A stretch of 64,000 bases of DNA from Narcine bancroftii. Taxonomy: Eukaryota. How positions within the stretch are numbered: the stretch's first letter is position 1; every line of letters begins with the position of its first letter. Under the pieces are notes generated by a model. That model was not told where the DNA came from. It searched no databases and saw only the letters and a list, made by a program, of their open reading frames with translations. Of the stretch, positions 49,455-61,629 are shown piece after piece. The position numbers and the translations under genes were made by a program. The stretch is taken from positions 66,836,001 through 66,900,000 of the forward strand of contig NC_091472.1 of NCBI RefSeq assembly GCF_036971445.1. Direction: 5' to 3'.

Positions 49455-52375
49455 CAAAATTGTGTACTTCAACCATACTTCAACCCAGGGGAAAGTCCCG
49501 TGATAGAGTAGGTAAGAAAATACCAGCCCTCTCCAGAAAAGTTTTTAAAAAGTAAAGAAAAATCAAAGCCACAAACACAGAAACCATAACAAATTTAAAA
49601 AGTGTGGAGAAAATGGCAGCAAAGAAAGAAAAACCAAAAACAACGGAAAGAAAAGAAGAAGGAAAGACGTCGGAAGAGAAAGGTGAAGGCCTTACCTGAA
49701 CGAGGAGGCCCGCCGTGAAGAGAGAAGCCCGCTCCCTAAGGTCAGTGGAAACCCCGAACACAGAACTACAAAGACGGCTCATGGAGCCAAACAAAAGTGC
49801 GCGATGCACAAGACAAAAACAACACCGACGGGAGGGGGGACCAGCTGAGGAATAAATCTCCACAGCTGAAACAGACAAGTATAACACAACAGCAAGACTT
49901 TCAACAGGAAAACATGGAAAATAACGGGAACAAGAAGGAAGAGAATAAAGATAGGAAATCAGAGCAACAACAGATAACCAACCCAGAGGAAGAAGACCAA
50001 CACCAAGACACCTTCAATAAAAATAATAAAACAAAAATACCCAACAAAATAAAATAAACAACCCAACAAGAAGATCAGAAGAGACAGAGGTAAAGGACAC
50101 AGATCCTGGAGTGGACTCAGAAGAAGAGGAGGGAGAACATCAAACTCTACACAGAGAAATGGAAGATGAAGGGAAGGGACAGTACAGGAATAAAAACATT
50201 TTTAAAGAATATATGGAAACATTAAAAGAATGGCTGACACAAGAATTCAGTGAAATAAAAAGAAGAATAAAAGGTACAGAAGAAAAAATGAATAGATTAG
50301 AGATGGTCATGACAGATATAGGAAAAAGAGTGGACAAGGGGGAAGAACAAGAAACCGCCATAGAAATGGAGGTAGATGACTTAAAAAAATTAATTAGAAG
50401 AATCTGATTAAAAAGTTAAAGAAACACAGGAGCTGTTAGTTCAGAAGATAGATATAATGGAAAATTATAATAGAAGAAACAATATGAAGATAGTGGGCCT
50501 TAAGGAAGATAAAGAAGGCAAAAATATGAAAGAATATATGAAAGAATGGATCCCCAGGGTTCTAGGAATGCCAGAATTAAAGGAAGGAATGGAAATAGAA
50601 AGGGCACATAGAACATTAGCCCCTAAACCGCAACCACAACAAAACCAAGATCCATTCCAGTAAAATTCCTAAGATATATGACAAGAGAAATTATATTGGA
50701 GAAGGCAATGAAAAAAATAAGAGAAGACAAAAAAACCACTGGAATACAAAGGTCAATTTTTTTTTCTATCCAGACATAAGTTTTGAACTTCTGAAGAAGA
50801 GGAAGGAGTTTAACGCAGCAAAAATGGCCCGATGGAAAAAAGGTTATTTATGTTAAAATATCCAGCGGTGCTTAAAATAATTATCCCGGGGCAGCAAAGC
50901 AAACTGTTCTCGGATCCAGAAAAAGCACGAAAATTTGCAGAACACCTACAAACAGACAGAGAGATGAAAAGATGTAACAAGAACAAAAATGATAACAAAC
51001 TATACATAAAGAAGAATAAAGTATAAGTAAGAACTAAGAAGAGAAATAAAGGGAAGAAAGGAAGTCGGGAGGGAATTAAGAGAGTGAGCTTTGTTATATA
51101 TGAAGATTAAAATCTTTTCTGGGGGGCTGGGTGGAGAAGAATAACAGTCACTGCAAAATCAGTTGACGCTTGCAAGCGGGTTCGCAAATCCAAATGGAGA
51201 GGGGAGATGTGGTTGCCCGACAAGGGACAAAGGGCAATTCAGAGAGGGGAGGGACTATTGGGGTTAAAGGAATTTTAGATATGGGAATAGTGGAAATATT
51301 TTATGTTTTAGAAATGTTGTCTTACAATGTGTTCAAAAAAAAGAAAACAGAAATGGATAAGAAGGGAAGGTGGTGATGAGGAAATGGAAAGGAAAGATAA
51401 ACAAAGTATGAAATGGCCATGTTGAACTATAGGATTTTAAATATTAATGGAATACATAACCAAATCAAAAGGAAGAAGCTGTTAAATTTACTGAAGAAAG
51501 AAAAAATTGATATAGCATTCGTGCAAGAAACACATCTAACTGAAGTGGAACACAAGAAATTAAAGAGAGATTGGATAGGACAGGTAACAGCAGCATCCTA
51601 TAATTCAAAAGCCAGAGGAGTAGCTATATTAATCAATAAAAATGTACCAATCAAAATAGAAGAGGAAATAATAGATCCAGCAGGCAGGTATGTAATGATA
51701 AAATGTCAGATATATTCAGAATTTTGGAATTTACTCAATGTATACGCACCTAATGAAGAGGATCAAAAATTTATGCAAGATATCTATTTGAAGATCGCAG
51801 ATACGCAAGGGAATATATTAATAGGAGGGGATTTTAACCTTAATTTGGACTCAAACATGGATAAAACTGGAAAAAAAGACTAACAGAGAGCACAAAGTAA
51901 CCAAATTTATAAATAAATCAATGCAGGAAATGCAACTTTTGGATATATGGAGGATACAACACCCAAAGGAAAAGGAATATTCATAATATTCGGGTAGACA
52001 TAAAACATACTCAAGGATAGACCTATTCCTGTATCAGCCCACATTCAAGGAAGAGTTAAGAAAATGGAATTATAAAGCTAGATTGTTATTGGATCACTCA
52101 CCCCTGTTGTTGGCAATAGAGCTAGAGGACATCCCACCAAGAATGTATCGATGGAGATTAAACTCCATGCTACTTAAAAGTCAGGATTTTAGAGAATTCA
52201 TTGAGCGACAAATTAAAATGTACTTTGAAATAAATACGGAATCAGTGAAAAATAAATTTATACTATGGAATCCAAAGAAAGCATTCATCAGAGGACAGAT
52301 AATAAGCTATGTAACTAAGACAAAGAAGGACTACAATCAAGAAATAGAACAGTTAGAAAGGGAAATAACAAATAC
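49455..52375 (+). mobile_element. L1 LINE 5' half (5' UTR, ORF1, spacer, ORF2 APE endonuclease), frameshifted and 3'-truncated
   Basis: ORF1: ENYNRRNNMKIVGL..EIERAHR. ORF2 from 51413: LNINGI..IAFVQETHL..RGVAILI..NVYAPN..GGDFN..YSRID..DHSP..WRLN. Confidence 0.93.
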
Positions 52376-54134
52376 ATATCAACATTTCCTGAAAATCCAC
52401 CTGTTAATTCTGCTTTCCATTTACTCAACCAGGTGGTTCGGCCAAAGATCTAATGATAACAGGAATTATCGTGCAACTCCTTACTTGAAAGTGGAACACA
52501 AATGCAAACATTAAATATTTTATTTTGATTTATATCTTCCCCCAAATCCCATTACTCCTGTAGTCAAGATTTCTGGTTATGATATAGAATCCACCATGGA
52601 ACATTCAACATTACCCAGTACTCAATCAAAATCAAGTGATTTCTCATCAGTTTTTTTTTAACTTTTGTTGTTTGACTGATCTACTGTCAATAATTTTGCA
52701 TGTTTTCTATGAATACGATGGCCATCAATCATATATCCACAATACATGAGTCTTGGTCTGCTCCAATTATATAGGAATTTATAGGACTTTTTGATTAAAA
52801 TCATGGGTTTAAATTCGTAGTGAGGCTGAAGGGAAGTTAAAGGCAATAATCTAGTCTTAGAGTTTAGGGAAACACGTAATGAATCCATACATTTTAAAAT
52901 TTTCCTTTAGCTACCTATAGTGTATATTTTAGTAGAATATTTAAATTGTCAAAATCCTGTTCAATTTATGTTTGGAGTGTACGTGAGGTACTTGACACCA
53001 ATCCCACAGGGGAACACAAGGAATATTCTATACAATACAGCTAGCTTTAAAAAGCTTCAAGTACCATCCAAATTGTTCAAACCAAAACTTTTGTATTCCT
53101 TATTAGAATTTTATGTTAATGGATTTGTAAAGCAGAGGTCATAGATATTTTGAGGCACACAACTACCTAAAATCACTTCTGATGTTAGACATAGTTTGAA
53201 TATTCCCAATGTCCGGTGCTTATTCTGGATATTGAGTTGGGAAAATGAAAACTCCATGTATCTGTTCCTTTTTGTTCTGAACAGATAATAATGAAAGTGT
53301 ATGAAAGTAATGATTTTAAGCTAAGGGAATTAAAATGAATGTTCCAAGCTGATTAACATTTTCTGTTGAACCTTCCTTTGAACAAGACAATATTACTCTT
53401 GGATTTCTTCTCACTAGAATTTCATTATTGGATTGTCTATTGAGTGAAGAATGACTGAAACTGCTAGTGCAAAATAATATTTATCAGTGACTATGTCCAA
53501 AGTGTTTACCTTAAAAATAACTGGAAGCTTTAGCAGATTAATGGTTCTCCATTTTTGTATTTAATCCAAACAAGTTTCTTGCACAAAGTTAACTGCAAAA
53601 AAGAATAAAACCATATTTTGATATTTACAGAGCTGATTACAATTGTAATAAGAATAAAATGCTGCAGATACCTGAATAAATCAGGGACTATCTGTGATGA
53701 GAGAAACAAAGTGAATTTTCATTGTCATTGATTTTAATGGTTGTTGCCAGATATGTGGAAAAAGCACCAAGTAACTTGTTTATTTATCTGAGCACATTAG
53801 CCATTTCTTCTTTTACCTCTTCCTACCCTCTTCCCATGTTAAAAATGATTCACCAGCTGTTTAAACTGGGTGGTCAATTTTAATCTGCAATTTGGAGCTC
53901 AGTATCACTGTATTTTGGTGTCATGAACCATAGAGTTTGATTACTGGCATTGTGCTTTGAAAGCAAGATACAATCCATCTACAAAAGTAGAGTTTAATTA
54001 TTCAGCTACATTAGTGTTCAATGAAGGAATCTGCGAAGAGTTGTGTGACATGCTCAAGGGAGCCAGTGTTAAAGGGTATCAGCAATTTCAAGTGAGAGTT
54101 CCCACCAGGAGCAGAAAATTATGCTAAGGTAAAC

Positions 54135-54632
54135 AGATTCAGTATGTCACCAAAGACTCCCAAATACTTCTATGGATGTACAGTGGAGAGCATTCTGGCT
54201 GGTTGCATCACTGCCTGATATGGAGGCACCAACTTTCAGGACAAGAATAAACTCCAGAGGGTTGTTAACTCAGTCTGCAACATTACAGAAACCAGACTTC
54301 ACTCCATCGAGGACATCTACATGAGGCGGTGGCTTAAAAAAGCAGCAGCTATCCTCAAAGACTCCCCCACCACCCAGGCCACGCCCTCTTCACTCTGCCA
54401 CCATTGGGGAAAAAGGTACAGGAGCCTAAAGATGAGCACTCAACGGCACAAGGACAGCTTCTTCCCCGCTGCCATCAGATTCCTGAATGATCAATTTTCA
54501 TCCACTATTATTTTAATTTTTTTATAATAATGTTGTAAGATGGTTATAATATGAATGTTTACACTATGTTCCTGCAAAAAAAAACATACACGAATTTTGT
54601 GACTTGTTCATGACAATAGATTCTGATTCTGG
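54135..54632 (+). mobile_element. Rex1/Babar-like LINE 3' fragment
   Basis: KKAAAILKD...KDSFFPAAIRFLN; GATTCTGATTCTG tail. Confidence 0.85.
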
Positions 54633-55614
54633 CTCCCTTTCTAGCATATAATGTGAGTACATATTCCATAAAATGTAGTTCTTTCTCAGAGTATTATTAG
54701 TCCCTTCCTGTGTTTTATCCGTCCTCTGCTGCAGGTTCCTTAGCACTTCTATCCTATTAACCAGCAAATGTGTCAAAGTTGCAGCACACTAATGGCCTGT
54801 TCAAACTTTTCTCCCCATTTATTCCAATTTTAGCACTGTACTCCATCCAATTGTGCAAATTCAGCAATAGGTGCTGATATTAGATTTCCCACAATTATTT
54901 TAGTCCAGGCACGAACATGGAGAGAAATTTCAATTGAGGTCAAAATGCTGCTTCAACTTTGAATATGACTAGATGATTACCAATAATTCACTGAACTTTT
55001 TCATTAGAACAGATTTTACTGAGTGATAAGAAAAAAAAATTAAAATGTTTTTTCCACCCCAACATGCTTTTCAATAAAAGATTAATCGTCTTTCTTCTTA
55101 AAAGATTTGAACTCGTGTCATTCTAACGAGTACTTTGTCGAGTCAAGTTGATACCTGGTGTAGAATTCTGGAGCTATGGTTATAAATTTGGATCTAGCCT
55201 GGTGTTTTAAGTTTACTCTGAAAGCCCAGGCATTATAAATCACAGCATTAGTTAAATGTTGTCAAATTAGAAGGTGGTTGCAAACGAGCAATAGGCAGTG
55301 GAGAAGCAACCAGTGAAGAAGCAACCTGGCGTATTGCTGCTCATGTCAAATTATTTTTGATCTGTAACAATATGGCATCTCCATCGTTCCCCAGCACACC
55401 GAGGGCAGACTGTCACTATTAGTTGATGTTGGTTGCACCGTGGCCCAGTCAGCATTTTTACATCCATCTGATTAGCAAACTGCCGATGGTCAGATGAACA
55501 TTATGAAAGGACACTATATTGGCTTAATTTAACTCTTCTGAAGAAGATGTTCATGCTGTCACAGTACCAGACAGTTAATACAGTAATAGGGCATTCACTT
55601 CTTTGATACTATAC

Positions 55615-56251
55615 TGTAATGGAGGGACTACAGCCACCATATGGTGGCACTGCTGCGCTCCTGTTCAGAGGACACACTGCATGCCAATCAAGGTCAAGAC
55701 TCACCCCAAGCCATCCAGGTTACCCTTGCGATTGGCTCATCTAAATTATCAGGTGCTGGAGTCCAGACAGCCTGCCTAGACTTCAGCCCTGACCTTCACC
55801 CAATTGGCCCAGGTGAATCACCTAGGCTGACCCCTGCACTTGGCTTTGAGCCTTTGGCCACAGCAGCCATTGGGGAGCCAGCCTGCCCTGAGTGATTTCC
55901 CCCTCCCCCCATGCCAGTTGAAGGACTATAAAGAACTTTGTGCCCCTTTGTTCGGCCTCTTTTGACCCCTCATGGCACACAAGTATCACCTTTTGCACTG
56001 GGTTGGGGTGAGTCCCATGGTTAGGTAGCTAGAGCCGTATCTATACCAGACAAGGGGTGGGGGCACTTAGCGTCACCTTGATTCTGACTGTTGATTGTAT
56101 GTACTTAAGTGATTTTCCCAGTTTCTGTTGGTTTCTCCCTCGTTATCAGAAGTGTTTACTTACCCCTTGCGTATTGTGTGTATATAGGTTCATTTAGCAT
56201 TTTCAACCTTGGTCTGATTCTTAACATGTGGGATCCACACGGACCCTTACA
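55615..56251 (+). mobile_element. Solo LTR, 637 bp
   Basis: TGTAA...TTACA termini; TSD ATAC/ACAC (3/4 match); several CCAAT/ATTGG boxes; TATAAA near 55927; GC-rich relative to the flanks. Confidence 0.7.
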
Positions 56252-58146
56252 ACACATATCATGGACTTTTTAAAAATTCACTTAATAACAGTGTGCTTGT
56301 GGAGATGTCAAGCAGAGGCAGTTTAAACTCTCTTGCTTAAAGTTTCTAAAAATTGATGCTCAGCTGCAACTTCTCGTGTGGACTCCACTAACAAGGCTGC
56401 CTGTTGAATTTTGGACCAGAAAATAGAAGCATCAGCAAGGGCCCGTTCACCCCACGGTCCCTCAAGAATTATGTCTCCTTGGGCATTATCCCATGGTAAG
56501 TATCATTGCATCAATTTAGGATGGCTACCTCAAGAGTTAATAAGTATGGCGAGGTCATTAACACTTTATTCATAGCATAAACTAAGATGCCCAGACAAAA
56601 CCAGAATAAAACAGCGTAAAACTGTTGTACTTATAATTCTAATTAGAACCTTCAACTTAACAGGTCTGCAAGCTGATGATAGACTAAACAGTAAAACCTA
56701 AGCCATGTGGGAGTGCAGTTTTAATTAATGCAGGTGGTAATAGACATGGAAATTTAGAAGCATACAGTTCCAGAGAAAAACATCTAACCTCTATCCATCC
56801 TATGCAAATGCATCTCGTGACAGGATTGAAACCAAGATGTAAAAAGGAACCCTGAGGTGAAGAATAAGGTAAATTTCAGAAAAGAATATTGTTAGGCAAG
56901 AGATTCTAATGGATCAGCTCTGATCCGGCAACAAATTTATATTGGAATTGAAACAAATGATAACTTACATCAAACAGATGGACATTTCTTTTGCTTGGCA
57001 CCTGGCCATCCCTTTACACTGAACCGAACCATCTTATTTGAATCTGATAAGGAAAAGAGCTCAACTGCATTACAATGAGGTGCAAATTGTATAACATGCA
57101 GCGAGAGCAAGTGAAAGTAAAAACCATTGTGCATAAAGGCTAGATGTCTTTTCAATGCATACAAAATTATCCTTGCTGCATTTTAAACCTATTTCTGAGA
57201 AAACCATGGCAAATACTGCATCAATTACAAATAAAAGGAAACATCATGAAAATTCCCTGTAACTAAATTTATAGTTACTTGCATTTTGAGATTGAAGCAG
57301 AAGTAATAGAGTGGTTTAATCTCTTGGCATCCAGATGCAAAATAATAGCTTCTGCCATTGCATGCAATCTTGTTCATTATACATAGAAGAATAATGGGTT
57401 GGTAGTGGGACACGGTCATCCTTACATAATTTTAATTTGTTATCTATGTGTTGTCTCTGTGAGGAAAGTACACTTCTGAATTTTAGGTTTTATTTTTAGC
57501 ATAGTGTTTCTTTAAGAAACACATTAACAACAAGCTAAAAATCTGATTTTCAAGAAGGCCTTTTTCAAGTACTGCAGTTTTTATAATGAAGTTCACCCTG
57601 TTCAAACACTCCAGAGTGGTGAATTCGAAAAAACATAGCAGACTGTTACCACGCTGTGTATACCATCATTAGTGATAAAAGCTATGCCTGTTTTAAGTAG
57701 TTTCCATAAATGCTCACCTTTTCACCTCCTAAGTAGGATGATAATATCACTGTAAATATCAGAGATATTTTGATACGTTATATTTTATAACACTTACACC
57801 TCAGAACCTGGGATCAAATCTGGCCCAGTCAAATAAGAGCGAAAAAACATCATTCTTTTTCTCATTCAAAAGGCTAAATGAAATAATTTTGGACAGTTTC
57901 AATCTTGATCCCCATGGACTTAAGTTTGCAGCATAAATTGACCTTCCAGTGGCACCTACTAGCAAGGAAATATCTTCAAAAGTATATCTGGAATAAAGAA
58001 TAGCAAAAACAGACCTCAATTATCAGATTACGCAAAGACATCGTAACAAAAGCCTATGCTCAATATTAAATACAAAATTTATCAAACAACACAGAATTGT
58101 AAATGAGTTGGAGAGGCATAAAAGATTTAGATTCTCACAAGACCCC

Positions 58147-58174
58147 AGAGAGAGAGAGAGAGAGAGAGAGAGAG
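58147..58174. repeat. (AG)n microsatellite
   Basis: Read directly from the sequence. Confidence 0.95.
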
Positions 58175-58830
58175 TAATCTGATCTTAGCAACCAGTGTCA
58201 GAGATTGTTTGTTTACCCTTGTCAAAATAAGCATAACTTTCAAAACATCAGTACCAGCATTTTTCCATAGTATAAAGTTGGCTCATAAATAAAGAACAAA
58301 GTTCACAATCTTAGTTAACATTCTTTTGCAATGCCCTAGATTCATCAATGAGACATGTGTTCTGAATGGATCTTCTGATAATGATCACTTGTGTCACAAT
58401 TATAAATTTTAGATCTAGACTAGCTGTTAAATACGGCTCACCGCCAGCAGTCTCTTTTCAAAGTGGGCTGCACATTCCCTATCACCACTTATAATTAGCA
58501 GGAATTGAGTGGCCCATTGATTTAAGAGGCTTCAATTAATATGACCAAGGATTAGTACAACTGTGCTTTCTTGTAGGTTTTAATTGGTTGGTTAACATTG
58601 TTTAGATTGAAAAATATCCTTTGCTTCTTGATTTAAGATGGCTAAATTTCCAACCAGCTAATTTAATATAGGTTTAAAAAGTCAATGGTCATTTTCTGAG
58701 ACAAAAAAATTGACTATTTCACGTGTCCAATGCAGCCACATTCCATCTGACCTAGCCATTTTAAAGTTTAAAGGGACTTCTGTCTGATACAGCTGCTTTC
58801 AGGGTCTTCTCTCTGATACAGTCATTTACA

Positions 58831-59254
58831 CGTCTCCAGAATGGAGGACCATCGCCTTCCCAAGATCGTGTTATATGGCGAGCTCTCCACTGGCCACCGT
58901 GACAGAGGTGCACCAAAGAAAAGGTACAAGGACTGCCTAAAGAAATCTCTTGGTGCCTGCCACATTGACCACCGCCAGTGGGCTGATAACGCCTCAAACC
59001 GTGCATCTTGGCGCCTCACAGTTTGGCGGGCAGCAACCTCCTTTGAAGAAGACCGCAGAGCCCACCTCACGAACAAAAGGCAAAGGAGGAAAAACCCAAC
59101 ACCCAACCCCAACCAACCAATTTTCCCTTGCAACCGCTGCAACCGTGTCTGCCTGTCCCGCATCGGACTTGTCAGCCACAAACGAGCCTGCAGCTGACGT
59201 GGACTTTTTACCCCCTCCATAAATCTTCGTCCGCGAAGCCAAGCCAAAGAAAGA
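58831..59254 (+). mobile_element. Young 5'-truncated RTE-clade LINE
   Basis: Uninterrupted frame RMEDHRLPKIVLYGEL..R.RGAPKKRYKD..CNRCNRVCLSRIGLVSH; AAAGA tail; 11-bp TSD AGTCATTTACA (58820-30, 59255-65). Confidence 0.93.
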
Positions 59255-60495
59255 AGTCATTTACAGGGGTTTTCTGGCTGGCACTTGGTTTGTGGGGTCT
59301 GTACAATGTGCAGCTGGTGCCATGGTCTTTTGTCCAATATGACTGCTTCTGTGGTCTTTGGTCTGAAACAACTGCTTCCAGTGGAACTCCTTCAGTGGAC
59401 ATTCCACTAATGCTTAATTAAAGAAATAAACTATCATTCACAATTGTTGAAATCAATCATTACTCACTCTCTGACTTTTCGGTTCTTATTGAGTCTAAAT
59501 AAGCCGTGTGAGCCAGACACAAGTTTATTTACCTGATTGGCTTCAGTAATAATGAAATAGAAACCAGATGGCTCCATTAAGATAGTTTCCTGATGCCAAG
59601 AACCAATACTGATGATGCTGCTGTCAGTAGTAAGTTCAAGTTGCCCTTAGCAATCTGCAGCCATCTATCAAATGATCTTGGTTTTGTTGCCTTAACCTGC
59701 AACAACAAAGTACTCTGAGCAAAATTAATCCAAATGTGTTGCATATTTCAACAAAGAAACAAAAATATTTGGTCTTGAATTATCTACCTTGTATTTAATT
59801 GTATTTCTTAACTCAAATTATATGACCATTTGTTGAGAGGAGTAAAGCAAGGTATAATTTAAGTAAAACTAGAATTTCAATCATAATTGCCCTTGAACAG
59901 TGTAAATGATTTACCTTTTGCCAGTGTATGGTTTAATCCAAGTCCAATTTCACTAATGCTAGGAAAGATGAACAAGTATTTCAGCTGTGTGTGCACTAGA
60001 GGGCAGGTTGGTACTGTTTGAAAGCATTACTAAGCTTTGCATTGCACAGGCAAACTTTGTTCTGTAAATACTTCATCATGAAAGAAACATAATGGGGCAT
60101 CAGCAATTGGACTTAACTGCTGAAGTTCTTCAGATCTGTTACTTCAAACCAGAAATCGATTTCACAGCAGAATTTTTCAGTATGATTTAGGTGATATATG
60201 ATGGTATCTCCATCTGTGCAGTTTTCAAAACTTAACTGCATAGCAACAATCATTGCTGAACCCTTTAATCATGCAATAAATTGAATGTCCATATAAGTTT
60301 GGCACTGTTTAAATATTAACATAAATAGTATGGTCGTTCATAAATCAAAGATAAAAGATGCTTATTTGCCTTCTTACATCATGCGATAAAATGTTATATG
60401 TGGTAAATCTGCATATTGTGTAGACCCATGTGTGTCCATGGGTGTAACATCATAGATGAAAGAAACTGCTTTACATGCAGAATTGCACACGGTAG

Positions 60496-60830
60496 CCTTT
60501 CCTGCTCAGTCTCACAATATTGTGGAGAATGACGACCATGAAAGGAATGTGTTTGGGAGTAGATGGAGTAAAAACACAAAAATGCTGGAGGTCCATAAGA
60601 GTTAAAGATATATAACCAACATTATCAGGCCTGAAAATGTTTTTTTTTTAATATATTTCCCTCCTTTCCTGCTCAGTCTCACAATATTGTGGAGAATGAC
60701 GACCATGAAAGGAATGTGTTTGGGAGTAGATGGAGTAAAAACACAAAAATGCTGGAGGTCCATAAGAGTTAAAGATATATAACCAACATTATCAGGCCTG
60801 AAAATGTTTTTTTTTTAAATATATTTCCCT
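60496..60830. repeat. 167-bp tandem duplication
   Basis: 60496-60662 and 60663-60830 appear identical apart from one extra A after the T run. Confidence 0.93.
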
Positions 60831-60922
60831 CCTATGAATGCTGAAGGACCTGCTGAGATCCTCCTGCATTTTTTTTTTGTTTTTACTACAATCACAGAGT
60901 CTGCAAATGTTCATGTTTCCCT
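60730..60922. mobile_element. Palindromic element of two inverted Penelope-like termini
   Basis: GTAAAAACACAAAAATGCTGGAG...AACATTATCAGGCCTGAAAATGTT (centre)...CTCCTGCATTTT..GTTTTTAC. Confidence 0.7.
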
Positions 60923-61629
60923 CTCATGGGAATGAATGGAGGTGAGATGGAAGGGGAATGTGGAATGGAAGGGGAATGTGGAATCATTTCAGTGAATGTC
61001 AGAGGTGGGTTGTGGAAGTTGGTAAAATAATCAATGAAGTGGTGGCTGAGGAGAGAATCAAAGGGATTAGGGAAACTGAAATCAGCAAAGATGGATGCCT
61101 CAAGTCATTCTAGCAATGACTTATGTTGGGTCAGTCTTTTAGTTAATAATGAAATAGTTATCAACTTTCTGGTTAAGACTTATTTCAATATTGAGGCATG
61201 AGCAATTTGTGGACATTGTGTACCTGATAGAGCTTTATGCAAATGACACTACTCAAGTACAACCTGCCAATTGATGTTACTGAACATACCAAGCAGCCTC
61301 TGCACACATATATTTCATTATGTACAAATAAAATGATTTCAAAATCAAGAACACTATCAGTACACCAAGTTGTTTTTTGGTAAAATTCTATCATATAAAG
61401 TACAAAATAATGCACTGCAAAAATAAATGTCTTTCTTAACTAACTAGCTTCTGAACCCTTATTGACATGTATAGACCATTCCATATTTATGCATTCCTGT
61501 CATCATTGAACTTTCAGGAGATGTTTGATAAGGGAGTGCACAGGAAATTATTAAACAAAATGACACTGTCCAAGATGGGGATGATATATTGGTGCTGATT
61601 GATGTTCATTGGCAGACAAAATATATTGA

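Noticed and set aside
49480-49887. 135-aa antisense ORF in the L1 5' region as an ORF0 analogue
   Set aside because: Non-ATG start; explained by the purine-rich sense strand giving few antisense stops.
54006-54128. Possible plus-strand exon (TLVFNEGICEELCDMLKG...)
   Set aside because: Poor pyrimidine tract, an in-frame stop before the better donor, and an unrecognised peptide.
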